Source: an uncultured delta proteobacterium
GTDB taxonomy: Bacteria; Desulfobacterota; Desulfobacteria; Desulfobacterales; SG8-13
Length of the DNA stretch: 64,000 nucleotides
Direction: 5' to 3'
Assembly (NCBI GenBank): GCA_963848135.1
Contig: CAWKCK010000005.1
Location: 434,001 to 498,000, forward strand
Part shown: positions 1 through 11,541 of the stretch, one piece after another
Layout of the letters: the number at the start of each line of letters is the position of its first letter
How positions within the stretch are numbered: the first letter of the stretch is position 1
The notes under the pieces: generated by a model
What the model was told of the DNA's origin: nothing
The model's input: the letters and a program-made list of their open reading frames with translations, nothing else
Databases searched by the model: none
Translations under genes and position numbers: made by a program

Positions 1-687
1 CCGTTGAGTATGATTGATTTGCCTCTGGGTTCACGTGTGAAGTCCCTTCACTGATGGCTATAAACAGCGACGATTTGCAAGGCACCGGTTGGTTCTTTTG
101 ACCGCCGCGACATGATGAGATTCTTTATCCGACCGTCAATAGCCGCCAGTCCGAAAACGATAATCCAAATGCCCTTGTTCGCTGATCTGTTCATCCTAAG
201 GTACCGCCCTCCCTTTTCCGTAATCTCATTTTACCGACAATATGACATAAGACGGACTGAGGCTATCCGTTTCTTGCGGTCAAATTAATTTTTATTAAAT
301 TTTGCATATCAAACCCGTATGAGTCCTCCGCCTGAATCGCAAAAACTAATGCGGCTGCAGCGTCCTGAATATCTCAAATACATGCCATTTCGGTGACTCA
401 TACGAAATATAATTGCCGGAATTTCCAATTTGGCCTCGTCCCGATAAACGGTTTCCGGTATAATAAACTTTATGATTCAGTGATCTCGTAGTCGGGTGAA
501 AGTATGAATTGATGTCAGAACGAATAAACAGGCTGTTAAAAATATATTACTCTTGGCAATACGGCGATAAATATTTTCTCAAAATGCTCATTTATTAAAC
601 ATAAACTGCGCTTTTCGTCGGATTTTTCGTTGTCTTGCCAGTGCTCATGACGTTTTTCAACACACTGTAAATCTTAAAATACGTCGT

Positions 688-2292
688 ATGCTGAGTGGTA
701 ATCTGAAAAAACGGACTGTATGGCTCGGATGGTTGGCCTTGGGAATCATTATTTTCGGTTTTCAGGTGATCGGTGCCACTGTTAGAAAAATAACACCGTC
801 GGAGGGGTCGACGACCGTACTGTTCTACATGAACGGCGATAACGATCTGACCGACGAAGTTTTGTCAGCTGTTGATACAATGGAAACAGTTGGCTCCACA
901 GCCAAGTTGAACATCGTCGCATTGGTCGATGGTCATCCCGATGGTATTTCACGTTTTGGAAGCCAATGGATTGGGACCCGCCTGCTGCGTATAACGCCCG
1001 ATGTTCAGGTCGCTCAAATCAATTCCGAAGTATTGTCCGAATGGGGAGAGCGGGATTTGGGAGACCCGGACACTTTAACGCAGTTCATACGGGTTTCCCT
1101 CAGTCAATTTCCGGCTGAAAGATATATATTTTGTGCCTTTGCCCATGGCAAGGGTGTCATCGATACCGGCCGGCTGACAAGTGGATCCAAACAAAAAACT
1201 TTGAGCATATCTCCTGATGCAACCAGTCAAACGATTATGCCGCTGACCGCATTCGAGCGCGCACTCAAGAACGGTTTGGATGATCGTCGGTTTTCTCTGA
1301 TGGTCTTGTTTTCTTGCCTGTCCAGCATGGTTGAAATCGCCGATGCCCTCAGTGATGTCACCGATTTTCTGATCGCCAGCGAAGACGAAATCCACCTCGT
1401 AAACGAGCCTCCCGGCACGCACCAATTGCGTGGAATATCATTTGGAGATCTTCTGCGGGATTTGAAGACCTACCCCTCTTTTTCGGATATCGAATTAGGC
1501 CGCCGGATCATCGACCGGTTCGTCGAGCCTTACAACCGAGAGATTTACACGCTCAACGGCAGCGGCAGCGAGGTGTCCCACCGTTACCCCGCAGGCCTCG
1601 CCCTGATTGACTGCCGCGCGACAGATCGCCTCGTCGCGGCTTTAGATAGATTGGCCTACCTGGTGATCGATGATCTGAACCGGCCCGATACCTTATTATC
1701 GACACTGGCCAACTTGCAGATTACACTGAAAAATACGCCGGCCTTCAAGAGTTTTCTCAACCTTGAATACTTCGACTTATTGGGTCTGCTCGATCAGTTG
1801 ACTCAGGTCACTACCAACTCCGATATCCGTGATACAAGCCTTCTCTGCGCGAATCTATTAAAATCCGAGGTGATCAGATACGAAAGACACACCCCAGGCG
1901 CCAAATCAAACGGGATGTCCATTTTCTTCAGCCATTTCCTGGTGCCCGAAAACGTCTATGTCGCTCACCTCAAGATGTATCGCCAAACGCGTTTCAGTCG
2001 GCGAACCCGCTGGGATGACCTGATCCACACGTACCGGACTCAAACTCAATTGCGTCAACTGGACCTGTTATTGTATCGAAGCCGAAAGGCCTATCACCAG
2101 GGAGATGGAGAATTGTTTCAACAGTTGTCGGAAAAAGCACTGCGGGTGCTTTCCCGTCGAATTAAGGATGGTCGCATGGAAGGCACCCGAGAATACATCG
2201 CATTTCTTCAGAGTCTTCCGAGCAGTCCTCTGGTGAAGCAACTCACAGACGATATCGAAAAACTGGTCGATCGGGACATTGGCTCGCCATAG
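688..2292 (+). CDS. Clostripain-family (peptidase C11) cysteine peptidase with N-terminal membrane anchor
   Basis: N-terminal hydrophobic helix; VLFYMNGDNDL motif, AHGKG (catalytic His region) and FSCL (catalytic Cys region) as in C11 peptidases. Confidence 0.8.
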   Translation: MLSGNLKKRTVWLGWLALGIIIFGFQVIGATVRKITPSEGSTTVLFYMNGDNDLTDEVLSAVDTMETVGSTAKLNIVALVDGHPDGISRFGSQWIGTRLLRITPDVQVAQINSEVLSEWGERDLGDPDTLTQFIRVSLSQFPAERYIFCAFAHGKGVIDTGRLTSGSKQKTLSISPDATSQTIMPLTAFERALKNGLDDRRFSLMVLFSCLSSMVEIADALSDVTDFLIASEDEIHLVNEPPGTHQLRGISFGDLLRDLKTYPSFSDIELGRRIIDRFVEPYNREIYTLNGSGSEVSHRYPAGLALIDCRATDRLVAALDRLAYLVIDDLNRPDTLLSTLANLQITLKNTPAFKSFLNLEYFDLLGLLDQLTQVTTNSDIRDTSLLCANLLKSEVIRYERHTPGAKSNGMSIFFSHFLVPENVYVAHLKMYRQTRFSRRTRWDDLIHTYRTQTQLRQLDLLLYRSRKAYHQGDGELFQQLSEKALRVLSRRIKDGRMEGTREYIAFLQSLPSSPLVKQLTDDIEKLVDRDIGSP

Positions 2293-2414
2293 AACCAAAG
2301 ATCATGCCAACATATGCTCCGAGGGGGGAAAAGGAATTGGTATGGGCACCTAAAAGGACCGGCGCTAACCTTAAATAAGGCCAGCGCCGGATCAGTCGGA
2401 GGGTGCGGATTGGA

Positions 2415-2924
2415 TCATTTGGGTATCAACACGGTGTCGATAACGTGGATCACACCATTGCTGGCAATCACATCTGTTTTAATCACCTTAGCATTGTCAA
2501 CCATAACGTTACCTGAACTCTCACTGATTTTAAAGCTCTCGCCGTTCACCGTCTTGGCGGAAGACATCGTCACAACGTCCGCAGCCATAAGTCTGCCAGG
2601 AACCACATGATAGGTCAGTATGGCTTGGAGTTTGGCTTTGTTTTCGGGACGCAGGAGATCCTCCAGGGTACCTGCCGGAAGTTTGGCGAAAGCATCATCC
2701 GTCGGCGCGAACACGGTGTAGGGTCCGTCGCCGCGCAAAGTGTCGACCAGGTCGGCAGCTGTGAGGGCCGCTGCTAATGTATTGAACGATCCGGCCGAAA
2801 CAGCCGTATCGACAATATCTTTCGACCCGGACATTGCTTTAGTTTTAGTATAACCGCCGGCTATAAGTAGCGACGGTAGTGAAATCAAAATCGCCGTGAT
2901 AAAAAACAGTTTGAATAGTTTCAT
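2415..2924 (-). CDS. Secreted fasciclin (FAS1) domain protein
   Basis: Signal peptide; [18 protein letters not shown] and [14 protein letters not shown]1 motifs; start moved to ATG 2924 behind an AGGAG RBS. Confidence 0.95.
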   Translation of the reverse strand: MKLFKLFFITAILISLPSLLIAGGYTKTKAMSGSKDIVDTAVSAGSFNTLAAALTAADLVDTLRGDGPYTVFAPTDDAFAKLPAGTLEDLLRPENKAKLQAILTYHVVPGRLMAADVVTMSSAKTVNGESFKISESSGNVMVDNAKVIKTDVIASNGVIHVIDTVLIPK

Positions 2925-3285
2925 TGTGGTCTCCTTTTGATTGTGGTTTACCAATTTCGGTACGCCTTTAAATTTCTTTAGTAATTACTGTATTGCATGA
3001 CGCACGATGTCAAAACGTCTTAGGAAATATTTTCGCGATAACATTTAGGAATTTGAACCATTCGGTTTGTCTAAATTTCGTTTTGGTTGTGTATAATTTT
3101 ATTTGGCTGACACAATGTATTTTAATACCAAAATCTTTGTTGTCAACTGGCAAAATGTTTATCTCCCGCCAAAAGGCGCACAAAAATTGTCCGTTTGTAT
3201 ATAAATTGTATAATAATTGTCGAAATATACCTTGCATCTGCAGAGGGTTCCGGCAAAATGTCCCGTCCAGGAGAATTCGTTACAA

Positions 3286-3918
3286 ATGAAAATGGAAAAT
3301 ATCCTTACCCTGAAACAAAAACGTTTCACCGAAATGATTGTCGCAGAAAACGGCTTGGATCGAAACGGATTTGACAGTTGGTTTTTTTGCCCGGGGATGC
3401 TGTTCAATTCTCCGCAAAAATGGTGGGGTGATCACGGTTTGCGGGATTTTCCCCATGAGGGTGTCGACCTGTGCCTTTACAGGGATCGAGACGCCAGAAT
3501 TCAACGCATGGATGAAAACAACCGCATCCCGGTGATTTCCGGCGGCGTGGTCAGGGCCATTTTTACCGATTATCTCGGTAAAGCGGTCATTTTGGAACAC
3601 GAGAACCCGGAGGATAACAATCGAAGGTTCTTATCAATCTATGCCCACACTTCACCACGGGCAGAGGTTAGAATCGGCACTATCGTGAATGAAGGGGATA
3701 TCATTGGCACCATTGCCGACACCAGCAGATCAAAAGCCAAAATCATCCCCCATTTACATTTCTCGCTCGGCCTCCCGTCCCCATTCCTCTCGTACACCCA
3801 CTTTGAATGGGATATCATCCGGCAATCCGACCGGATCACCTTGCTGGACCCCTTGGAAGTCATAGGCTTACCCCACCAAGAGCTTAATTCCGATATTACT
3901 TACTGTGTTGACCTATAG
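3286..3918 (+). CDS. M23 family metallopeptidase
   Basis: HEGVD (HxxxD) and PHLHF (HxH) zinc motifs; AGGAG at 3269-3273 upstream of ATG 3286. Confidence 0.85.
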   Translation: MKMENILTLKQKRFTEMIVAENGLDRNGFDSWFFCPGMLFNSPQKWWGDHGLRDFPHEGVDLCLYRDRDARIQRMDENNRIPVISGGVVRAIFTDYLGKAVILEHENPEDNNRRFLSIYAHTSPRAEVRIGTIVNEGDIIGTIADTSRSKAKIIPHLHFSLGLPSPFLSYTHFEWDIIRQSDRITLLDPLEVIGLPHQELNSDITYCVDL

Positions 3919-3926
3919 TCCCGTTC

Positions 3927-3956
3927 TTGACATTGTGCGCTCTCCTTCCCTATACT
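3927..3956 (+). promoter_or_regulatory. Sigma70-type promoter
   Basis: TTGACA (3927-3932), 18-bp spacer, TATACT (3951-3956), upstream of the 4024 gene. Confidence 0.6.
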
Positions 3957-4023
3957 GCCGGAGAAATTATGGGCGCTCTTGGGAGCGTTCTTTGTTTTTC
4001 AAATAGAAATAAGGAGGAAAATA

Positions 4024-4686
4024 ATGCTGAAATTGGGTGAAAAAGGCGCCATACCTCAACGCGACAACGAAACTTACGCTATTGCTCCGCACATTCCGTG
4101 CGGACTGGTGACACCGGAACTACTGCGACGCATCGCGGATACCGCAGAAAAATACAACGCCAAGGTCATCAAAATTACCGGCGCCACCCGTATCGCGCTT
4201 GTCGGTCTCAAGGAAGAGGATATCGACGGGGCGTGGAAATCGCTGCGCATGGATAAAGGTGCGGCCGTCGGTCTATGCGTTCGCAGTATTAGAACCTGTC
4301 CGGGAAACACCTACTGCAAGCTGGGCCAGCAGGATTCCTTGAAATTAGGGTTGAAACTGGACGAAATCTATCATGCCAAGGCGCTGCCGGGTAAATTCAA
4401 AATGGCGGTATCCGGCTGTCATCTGAGCTGCTCGGAGTCCTGGGTGCGCGACATTGGCCTCATTGGCAAGAAGGACGGCTGGGCGCTGGTTATCGGGGGA
4501 AACGTGGGGGCAAACCCGCGGATCGCAGAGGAGTGTGCCAGCGGTCTCGATGATGACGGCGCACTGGCGGCAATTGACCAGGTGGTCGGCTACTACCAGG
4601 AGAATGCCAAAAAAGGGGAACGACTCGGCAAAATGATCGATCGCGTCGGCTTGGCGGCATTCAAGCAGGCGGTTACTGTGGTATAA
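4024..4686 (+). CDS. Nitrite/sulfite reductase-like protein (ferredoxin-like half domain plus 4Fe-4S/siroheme domain)
   Basis: CPGNTYC and GCHLSC cysteine motifs, PGKFKMAVSGC, GERLGKMIDRVG; AAGGAGG RBS before ATG 4024. Confidence 0.85.
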   Translation: MLKLGEKGAIPQRDNETYAIAPHIPCGLVTPELLRRIADTAEKYNAKVIKITGATRIALVGLKEEDIDGAWKSLRMDKGAAVGLCVRSIRTCPGNTYCKLGQQDSLKLGLKLDEIYHAKALPGKFKMAVSGCHLSCSESWVRDIGLIGKKDGWALVIGGNVGANPRIAEECASGLDDDGALAAIDQVVGYYQENAKKGERLGKMIDRVGLAAFKQAVTVV

Positions 4687-4689
4687 AAA

Positions 4690-5274
4690 TCAATGGCTTG
4701 ATGTTTTAAATTTTGATGCGCGTCTTTTATCAACAAGCCATCCTGTAAGAGGGAAAATGAGCCAAGGTAGGATGTAGTAAACGGTAATGTACCAGTACTT
4801 CTCTAAAAACTTGATGCCATGACCAAGGAAAATTCCGATGTATAAAAGATCATAAATGAACAAAGGGACCGAAATATAGAATGACCACCACAATGAAATC
4901 ATCACCCCTTTGCCCGGCCTGGCATTTTTGATACTGCGATAGACTACGAACCAAATTGGGGGCAATATGGCCAGGTCAAACATAAGCATGAATTTCGTGG
5001 AATATTGCTGATAATAGTCTGGCAGTCCTCCGGCCCAGAACAGGAACCAGGCAATGGAAACGAAAACCAATAGGCGAATATGTTGATGCATCCCCATTAT
5101 TTTCTTGTCACCAAATTTGAAGGTGACGGATTCGATACCGTCGGGTGATGAAAGGGCGACCTCTTCAAAGCCCAATATATCTCTGTAAAATGCAACTGTC
5201 TTGTCAAACTCATGATACGGGACCTTGATGGCAATATTCTTTCCAGGAGTGAAATTTGGTTTTATGATGCCCAC
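4690..5274 (-). CDS. Apparent chimera: truncated VOC/glyoxalase-like N-terminus fused in frame to a multi-TM membrane protein
   Basis: First ~59 aa (NIAIKVP...TVAFYRDILGF) resemble a VOC domain and stop abruptly; from Met at 5097 the product has about four hydrophobic segments. Confidence 0.55.
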   Translation of the reverse strand: MGIIKPNFTPGKNIAIKVPYHEFDKTVAFYRDILGFEEVALSSPDGIESVTFKFGDKKIMGMHQHIRLLVFVSIAWFLFWAGGLPDYYQQYSTKFMLMFDLAILPPIWFVVYRSIKNARPGKGVMISLWWSFYISVPLFIYDLLYIGIFLGHGIKFLEKYWYITVYYILPWLIFPLTGWLVDKRRASKFKTSSH

Positions 5275-5333
5275 CTTTTGTATCGAGCCATCTCCTTAAT
5301 TTTGGATGACCTTTCATCATCTTCGCCGCAATA

Positions 5334-6635
5334 TTAGATTTTTTTCTTTTTCATCGTCAAGAGCGCCTCGATCGCCTTGCATGCAACCGCAACACCGTCT
5401 TCCGAACGCACCTTTTGTCCAATCTGTTCTGCACGATCGATGGCATCGGCGTCCGCCAGCAATTCTTCGAGCACACGGGCCATAGCGCCGGCAGAACATC
5501 GTTTCAAAGGCAGTGTTTTGGAGATCCCCAAGCGTTCGAGCCGTCGCGCGTTGTCCGGCTGGTCGTGAGCAAATGGAACGACCAGGGTTGGCTTGCCGGC
5601 CTGTAAGGCCTGCCCCGTTGTACCGATGCCTCCCTGGTGAACGATCGCGGCGGCTTTTGGAAAAAGTTTCGAGTACGGCACGTAATCCACGGCGATCATG
5701 TTTGGCGGAAGCCCTTCTACAGGGGGATTCTCCGTGTCTTTGCCGACAACAAGCACCGCACGCCTTTTCAGCATATCCGCCGCTTCTGCTGCCATTTGAA
5801 AAAAATTTCCAGCCGTGTATACTGCCACACTGCCCAACGCGAAAACCACCGGTGCCGATCCGGCTTTTATGAACCGTTCGAGTTCTGGAGACAGTTCATT
5901 ATGTTCCTCCGTTGCATCATAAAATCCATAGCCAGTGACGCAGTTATTTATGGGCCAATCGGGGCGGGGTTGCGCCAGAACGCTTGAAAACATGGATAGC
6001 ACGAGATGGGGTGAATATTGTCCTTCGAAAATGGGATGTTTCCCCGGAGCGAGTCCCAGATCCTTTCGCAACCGGCGCACCGGTCGGCACCATCCGCGTG
6101 TGACAGGTTTAATAACTTTAATCAAAAGGCGGTTTGTTGCCGGTTTCAGACTTCCCATATAAATTTGAAATGGAAAGCCCTGTAGCACAGGCATGTCGTA
6201 TGCCGACAAGAAGACGATGGGTGCAAGAACGACCGATATCCAGGCCAGACCCCGTTTTTCGGCCGCGATATGGCCGGCATAGCTGATCGAATGGGTGATC
6301 AGCACATCGGTGTTTCGCAGAAAAGCGTCCAAATCCGTGTAAGTGTCGCGAAGGGACGGAAAAACAATATCCCTTAAGATCACTTCGGTGCCCCGGCGAG
6401 GATGCATGGCCCGGTAAAGCAAGTCCTTATCTTCCGGATCCAGATCCGGTCGGACGGGGTGAAAGGCAATCCCGGCGCCACGAACGGCATCTCTATGGTA
6501 AGCACTGGTGGCGATTACAGGCTGAAATCCCCGGATCTGAAGCCCACGCGCCAGGGCAATAAAGGGATTCAGGTCGCCAAGAGACCCGAAGGTTGTCAAT
6601 ACGATTCGTCCGTCATGGATTTGCGGTCGGCTCAT
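5334..6635 (-). CDS. GT1/MGT-type glycosyltransferase
   Basis: GSLGDLNPF N-terminal motif; HQGGIGTT...DQPDNA UDP-sugar signature. Confidence 0.9.
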   Translation of the reverse strand: MSRPQIHDGRIVLTTFGSLGDLNPFIALARGLQIRGFQPVIATSAYHRDAVRGAGIAFHPVRPDLDPEDKDLLYRAMHPRRGTEVILRDIVFPSLRDTYTDLDAFLRNTDVLITHSISYAGHIAAEKRGLAWISVVLAPIVFLSAYDMPVLQGFPFQIYMGSLKPATNRLLIKVIKPVTRGWCRPVRRLRKDLGLAPGKHPIFEGQYSPHLVLSMFSSVLAQPRPDWPINNCVTGYGFYDATEEHNELSPELERFIKAGSAPVVFALGSVAVYTAGNFFQMAAEAADMLKRRAVLVVGKDTENPPVEGLPPNMIAVDYVPYSKLFPKAAAIVHQGGIGTTGQALQAGKPTLVVPFAHDQPDNARRLERLGISKTLPLKRCSAGAMARVLEELLADADAIDRAEQIGQKVRSEDGVAVACKAIEALLTMKKKKI

Positions 6636-6822
6636 TTTCTATATATACTTAGTGGGTTTCTACTGCTGATTTCAACGGATCATCACAAGATGTTAATCTT
6701 AAACACAGAATACAAAAATTAATAGCCGAATATTTTCCGTTTTTGCACTGATCTGCGTCGTTCAGACCGGATCCGGTGTATTTAATCGCCATATACCTTG
6801 TGGAACTAACAGGAGTGTTCGT

Positions 6823-7790
6823 TTGCCCATGGATTCCCAATTGGAAAAAAAATATCGCAAACAAGCCGAAATGCTGGCCAACCGGGTAAAAAAACGCTTC
6901 AAACACCTGCGCAAACGTTTCGCGCGCCAGAATATTGAGGTTTTCAGACTCTTCGACTGGGAAATACCGGAAATCAGGGCGGTCGTCGATTGGTATGCTG
7001 GGCACCTGGTCATCGGCGAATACACCCGCAAGCAATCGACGCCCGAGTGGTTGCCCATGATGGGGGCTGCAGTGGCCGAAACCCTCGAGGTCGCCGCGGA
7101 AAACGTCCATCTCAAAGAACGGCGTGCAGGCAAACAGGACGGCAAGCGCTACGAGCGCCTCGACCACACGGATCGAAAGATCGTCGTCAACGAGCGCGAT
7201 CTGCTCTTTTACGTGAATCCTTGTGACTATGTCGACACCGGCCTGTTCTCCGACCACCGCAACACCCGCCTTATGGTACGGGAAATGGCTGCAGGCAAGG
7301 ATTTTTTGAACCTTTACTGCTACACGGGCTCGTTTTCCTGCTATGCCGCCAAAGGCGGGGCGCGCTCGACAGTATCGGTAGACCGGTCGCAGACAGCCGT
7401 CGACTGGGCGCGCGAAAACATGGCCCTCAATGGTATCCCCCCAGAAAGAAACGAGCTGTTTCAGATGCCCACCTTCCTGTTTCTGCACAAAGCCCGCCTG
7501 GACAACCGAAGCTTCGACCTGGCCGTGGTGGACCCACCATCGTATTCCACAGATCGGTCTGGCAAGCCCGATTTCGACATCGCCAAGGACCACCCTGAAC
7601 TACTCAGAAGGGTGGTGGCAATCATGCGCAAAGAGGCCACGATTTTTTTTCGACCAATCACCAGGCATTCGAGGCACGCATGAATGGGCTGAAAGTCAGT
7701 AAAATAGAAGAGATTACAGAACAGACAATTCCGGAAGATTACCTGAACAAGCGGAAGCGGATTCATCGGTGCTGGAGAATATATGTGTAA
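6823..7790 (+). CDS. RlmK/RlmI-like class I SAM-dependent methyltransferase, one frameshift
   Basis: DTGLFSDHR, LNLYCYTGSFS, VVDPPS motifs; adding one T to the T-run at ~7643-7650 restores the C-terminus FSTNH...TIPEDY...IHRCWRI ending TAA at 7790. Confidence 0.85.
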
Positions 7791-7858
7791 TGCAGCTATC
7801 CCTGATATTTCATTGGAAATTGGATAAGATTGCAATTTCAAAGCGAGGTTTTTCAATA

Positions 7859-10468
7859 TCACCTCGCGCCTAAAACATCTCGAATGGTCTCAGCAATATC
7901 CCTTGTTAACACGGGCTTTGATACAAACGCGCGAATACCCATTGCCGCTGCCCGTTGTTGATTGATCCGGGCACTGTAACCGGTGCAAAGTATGACAGGG
8001 ATATCAGGTTTTATACGTAGAAGTTCTCTTGCCAACTCGTCACCGGTCATATTCGGCATGGTCATATCGGTGATTACCAGATCAAAGCTATCGGGCTTGG
8101 CCTTAAACAGTTCCAAAGCCTCTACACTACTGGTCCTGGCTGTAATTTTATAACCCAGAGATTCAAGCATTTGTTTTCCAATTTCTACAAGAGCGGGTTC
8201 ATCATCTACAAATAGAATTCGTTCTGTCCCGGTGGGATAGAATCGCCTTCTTGTGGCAGTGCTGCTCGTAACCTTTCGACAGTCGGAAGATAGACTTTAA
8301 AAGTAGATCCTTTACCCACTTCGCTGGAAGCGATGATCTTACCGCCATGACTGCCGACAATACCATGAACCACCGAAAGACCCATGCCGGTGCCTTCACC
8401 TTTTTCTTTGGTGGTAAAAAACGGGTCAAAGATTCGATCGAGCATATGTGCTGGTATACCATGTCCCGTATCGCTTATTGTCAATTCAATATACGGGCCG
8501 GGTTTCAATTCGGGGTGCTCGACCGTTATATCTTCTTCGAATATCTTATCTGTCAGCCTCACCGTTAACACACCGCCTTTTTCCCCCATCGCATGACCGG
8601 CATTGGTGCAAAGATTCATTAAAAGTTGATGTATCTGCGTGGGGTCTGCTATCACCAGCGAATCACTATTTATTTCCTGACGTATTTCAATGGTCGTCGG
8701 GAGTGATGCCCTCAGAAATTTAATCACCTCTTTACACATGAGTTTTGGCTGAATCGGTTTGCGCTCGCGCTCGGCTTGACGACTGAAGGTGAGAATCTGT
8801 TTGACCAAATCTTTCGCCCGCTCACCCGCCCGGAATACTTCCTGGAGATTTTGGCTGAGGGTTGACTCTTTTTCAACATCGATCATGGCCAGTTCGGTGT
8901 ACCCTATAATAGCTGAAAGGATGTTGTTAAAATCGTGTGCAATACCCCCTGCAAGGGTGCCGATGGCCTCCATTTTTTGAGATTGTTGAAGTTGCAGTTC
9001 AAGTTCTTTTTTACCGGTAATATCTTCTATGATTCCATCGTAGTATTTAACATCGCCATTTACGTCCTTGACAGCCACCGCAGAGACCGATCCGATAAAA
9101 GGTGTTCCATCTTTTTTCTTGAGTTTGACTTCATACTTTTTGACCGATCCATAATTTAATATTTTTTTATTAAATTTTTCCCTATCGTCCGGGTTTTGAT
9201 ATAAATCGGCCACATTTATTGCTTTGAATTCATCTCTGCTCTGATAACCGAACATTTCCACGATGGCGGGATTGGCCTCGATAAACCGGCCCTGCGGTCC
9301 GTGGTATTGCGGTAAATACCGACATGAAGATTGTTTGTTAGCGTTTTGTATCGTTCCTCGCTCTGCCGCAAAGCAGCCTCCGCCTGCTTGCGCGCTGTCA
9401 CATCGAAAAACATGGTGGCCATCATACCCGGTCCGGTCTGGAACGCATGAACTTCGAATGCGCCCTTTATCTGCCCATGCGCGTATTCGATTTGGTCATT
9501 TCGATAATGGGTGCCATCGGTGCATACCTGGCAATAACGATCTGGAATCTCCGTTTCTTGCAAAGGCGGAAAGGCCTCTTCGATGGTTTTTCCAACAAAT
9601 TGCAAATTATCTATTCCGAGGATTGAATCCGCCGACGGATTGGAACCCGTGAATACAAGCCGACCATCAGCCTCCAATTTATACATATGCATTCCCATGG
9701 GTGACGCTTCGACAATTTTACGAAAATTGGCCTCGGATTTACGAAGAGCTTTTCGGCGGATTTCCGTTGCTGGTAAAGATCATCGAGTTCCCATTTCACG
9801 AGCTTTAAGGCCTCAAAAACGAGGTGGAAAGGATCAGCCGGGTCTTTCTCTTCTATTTGACTGATTCCGTCGATTTCCCAGTTGATTTGCTCGATATAGC
9901 CAAGCAACTCCTCGGCATATTCCTGGATCTGTCTCGATCCCGAATTTTCTCCAGTTATGTTTAAATTTAAATTGGCAACAAATTAGCTGGCATGAATACG
10001 CCTGGAATCTTCTTCGGCGATGAACTCATGGCTTTATCTAAATCACTTGTAACACGAACCTTGAATGGGACGAAGGGTTTCGCCAGATTGATCGCTGCGG
10101 TTAACAGCCTGTTGGAACCATAAAAGATCAAGAGTTTGAAAGGATATTTCTCAAAGTATGTCAATATAGCGTTAACGTAACTTTTACGGGCCTTTTGACC
10201 GGCGCTTTCGATTCCGGTGAGCCCCAGAACGAAATAGTACGGACCTGAATCCAGGCCCGTTGTCGTGATTATGGTTTCCTTCAATTCGACCGCCGGATCG
10301 ATAAAGCGTTCTTTAACCTTTCCTTCGAATCCCATGCAGAACATTCCCATTAAGCACTTCAAAATGTAACAAAAAATTATTGGCTTGAAATTGCCAATCA
10401 GGTTTTCAGCACGTACCAGTGCCTGCCCTTGACTCTAGAAATTTATTGAATGCTATCAGATTTTCCAT
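7859..10468 (-). CDS. Hybrid PAS-PAS sensor histidine kinase with receiver domain, several frameshifts
   Basis: Consecutive fragments give PAS domains, H-box [15 protein letters not shown]1/F/G2 boxes ([19 protein letters not shown]) and receiver ([12 protein letters not shown]); 5' boundary approximate. Confidence 0.85.
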
Positions 10469-10778
10469 TAAATTCAAGATGGTATGCCTATTTTTTCAAA
10501 ATCGTGGAATAGATGCATCGAGTGGATATATTATCGGCGTTATTCGTAATAACTTTATAAAAAGTCTTTCAGTGGGATCATTGGAATTCGAACACGCTGT
10601 TAAGAGAGAGGAGAGCAAAAAGAAGAGGTCATGGACTAAAGGAAGATGACAAGAAGAAAAACGATAAGTTTTTCCTTGAACGGCTCGGTATAAATATCAG
10701 TATATTGTTTCTGTTTTTCTGACGGTGCTGCAAGCGGTAGAAGGACCGCCTGCAGCATTTTCGGGAAATTGATCCGCT

Positions 10779-11084
10779 TCAGGCGGCATTTTTGAATACA
10801 CCGCGATAATTTACGTAGATATCGTACAGTCGCCGTTTAAGCTGCTTGATCCGTTTGGAATCCTCTTTCGAGGACCATCGCGGCTCGCTGATCGAAAACA
10901 AGGCGTTTCAGTTCGTCGAGGACATGCTCGGTCGCGTTGCACCACTCATTGGTGCAGACACCGGCTATTTCTTTGGTCTCTTCGATATCTCTATAGATCA
11001 TGTCGAGCGACTTTCGAGCGCTTGGACGTAGGTATTCCAGGCGTCTGCTATTTCTTTCTGGATTTCATCTTTCGGCATCGGCAT
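10779..11084 (-). CDS. Small hypothetical protein (~100 aa), frameshifted
   Basis: AGGAG RBS, ATG 11084; joined frames read MPMPKDEIQKEIADAWNTY...VCTNEWCNATEHVLDEL...LFSISEPRW...YRGVFKNAA* after two indel corrections. Confidence 0.55.
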
Positions 11085-11541
11085 TGAATTTTCTCCTTTC
11101 CGGCACCGGCCAGTGTTTTCATTGTTCATTATTGGTAATGCGGAAGAGCAAGGCATGGAGCATACCTTTTATAATTTTAGGCCCGCCCAGGTCGGCCGGT
11201 CTTTAAATGTTTTTTTATGATGTATATAATATCAACATAGCTGTTTGTGAGCAATATACAGTGAGGCCGAATGACCAGTCATCACCATGAGTTGATATGA
11301 TTTTTTAAGTATTTCTATCTGTGCATTATTATCATCGTCCCATAAGATTGTTCACTCCAGCTACTCTAGAACTTTGTAGAGTTCCGCACAATGGGTATAT
11401 TTTATCGATGATAACAAAGTAGAAAATAATTATTTTGTCTCCAGGGTTCAAGGCAGCCCGAAACGAATCGTCGCCGCCGCAACTCCCGATGGATCACCGA
11501 AAGCAAGACTCTTATCGTACCGGATGAAAGGAAACTCAGGC

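Noticed and set aside
316..404. 10-bp inverted repeat CGTATGAGTC/GACTCATACG, possible MITE remnant
   Set aside because: Single copy, short arms and no target duplication visible
6649..7593. 314-aa minus-strand ORF and similar long antisense ORFs (e.g. 30783-31454, 23746-24387)
   Set aside because: Shadows of well-supported genes on the opposite strand, with no recognisable motifs
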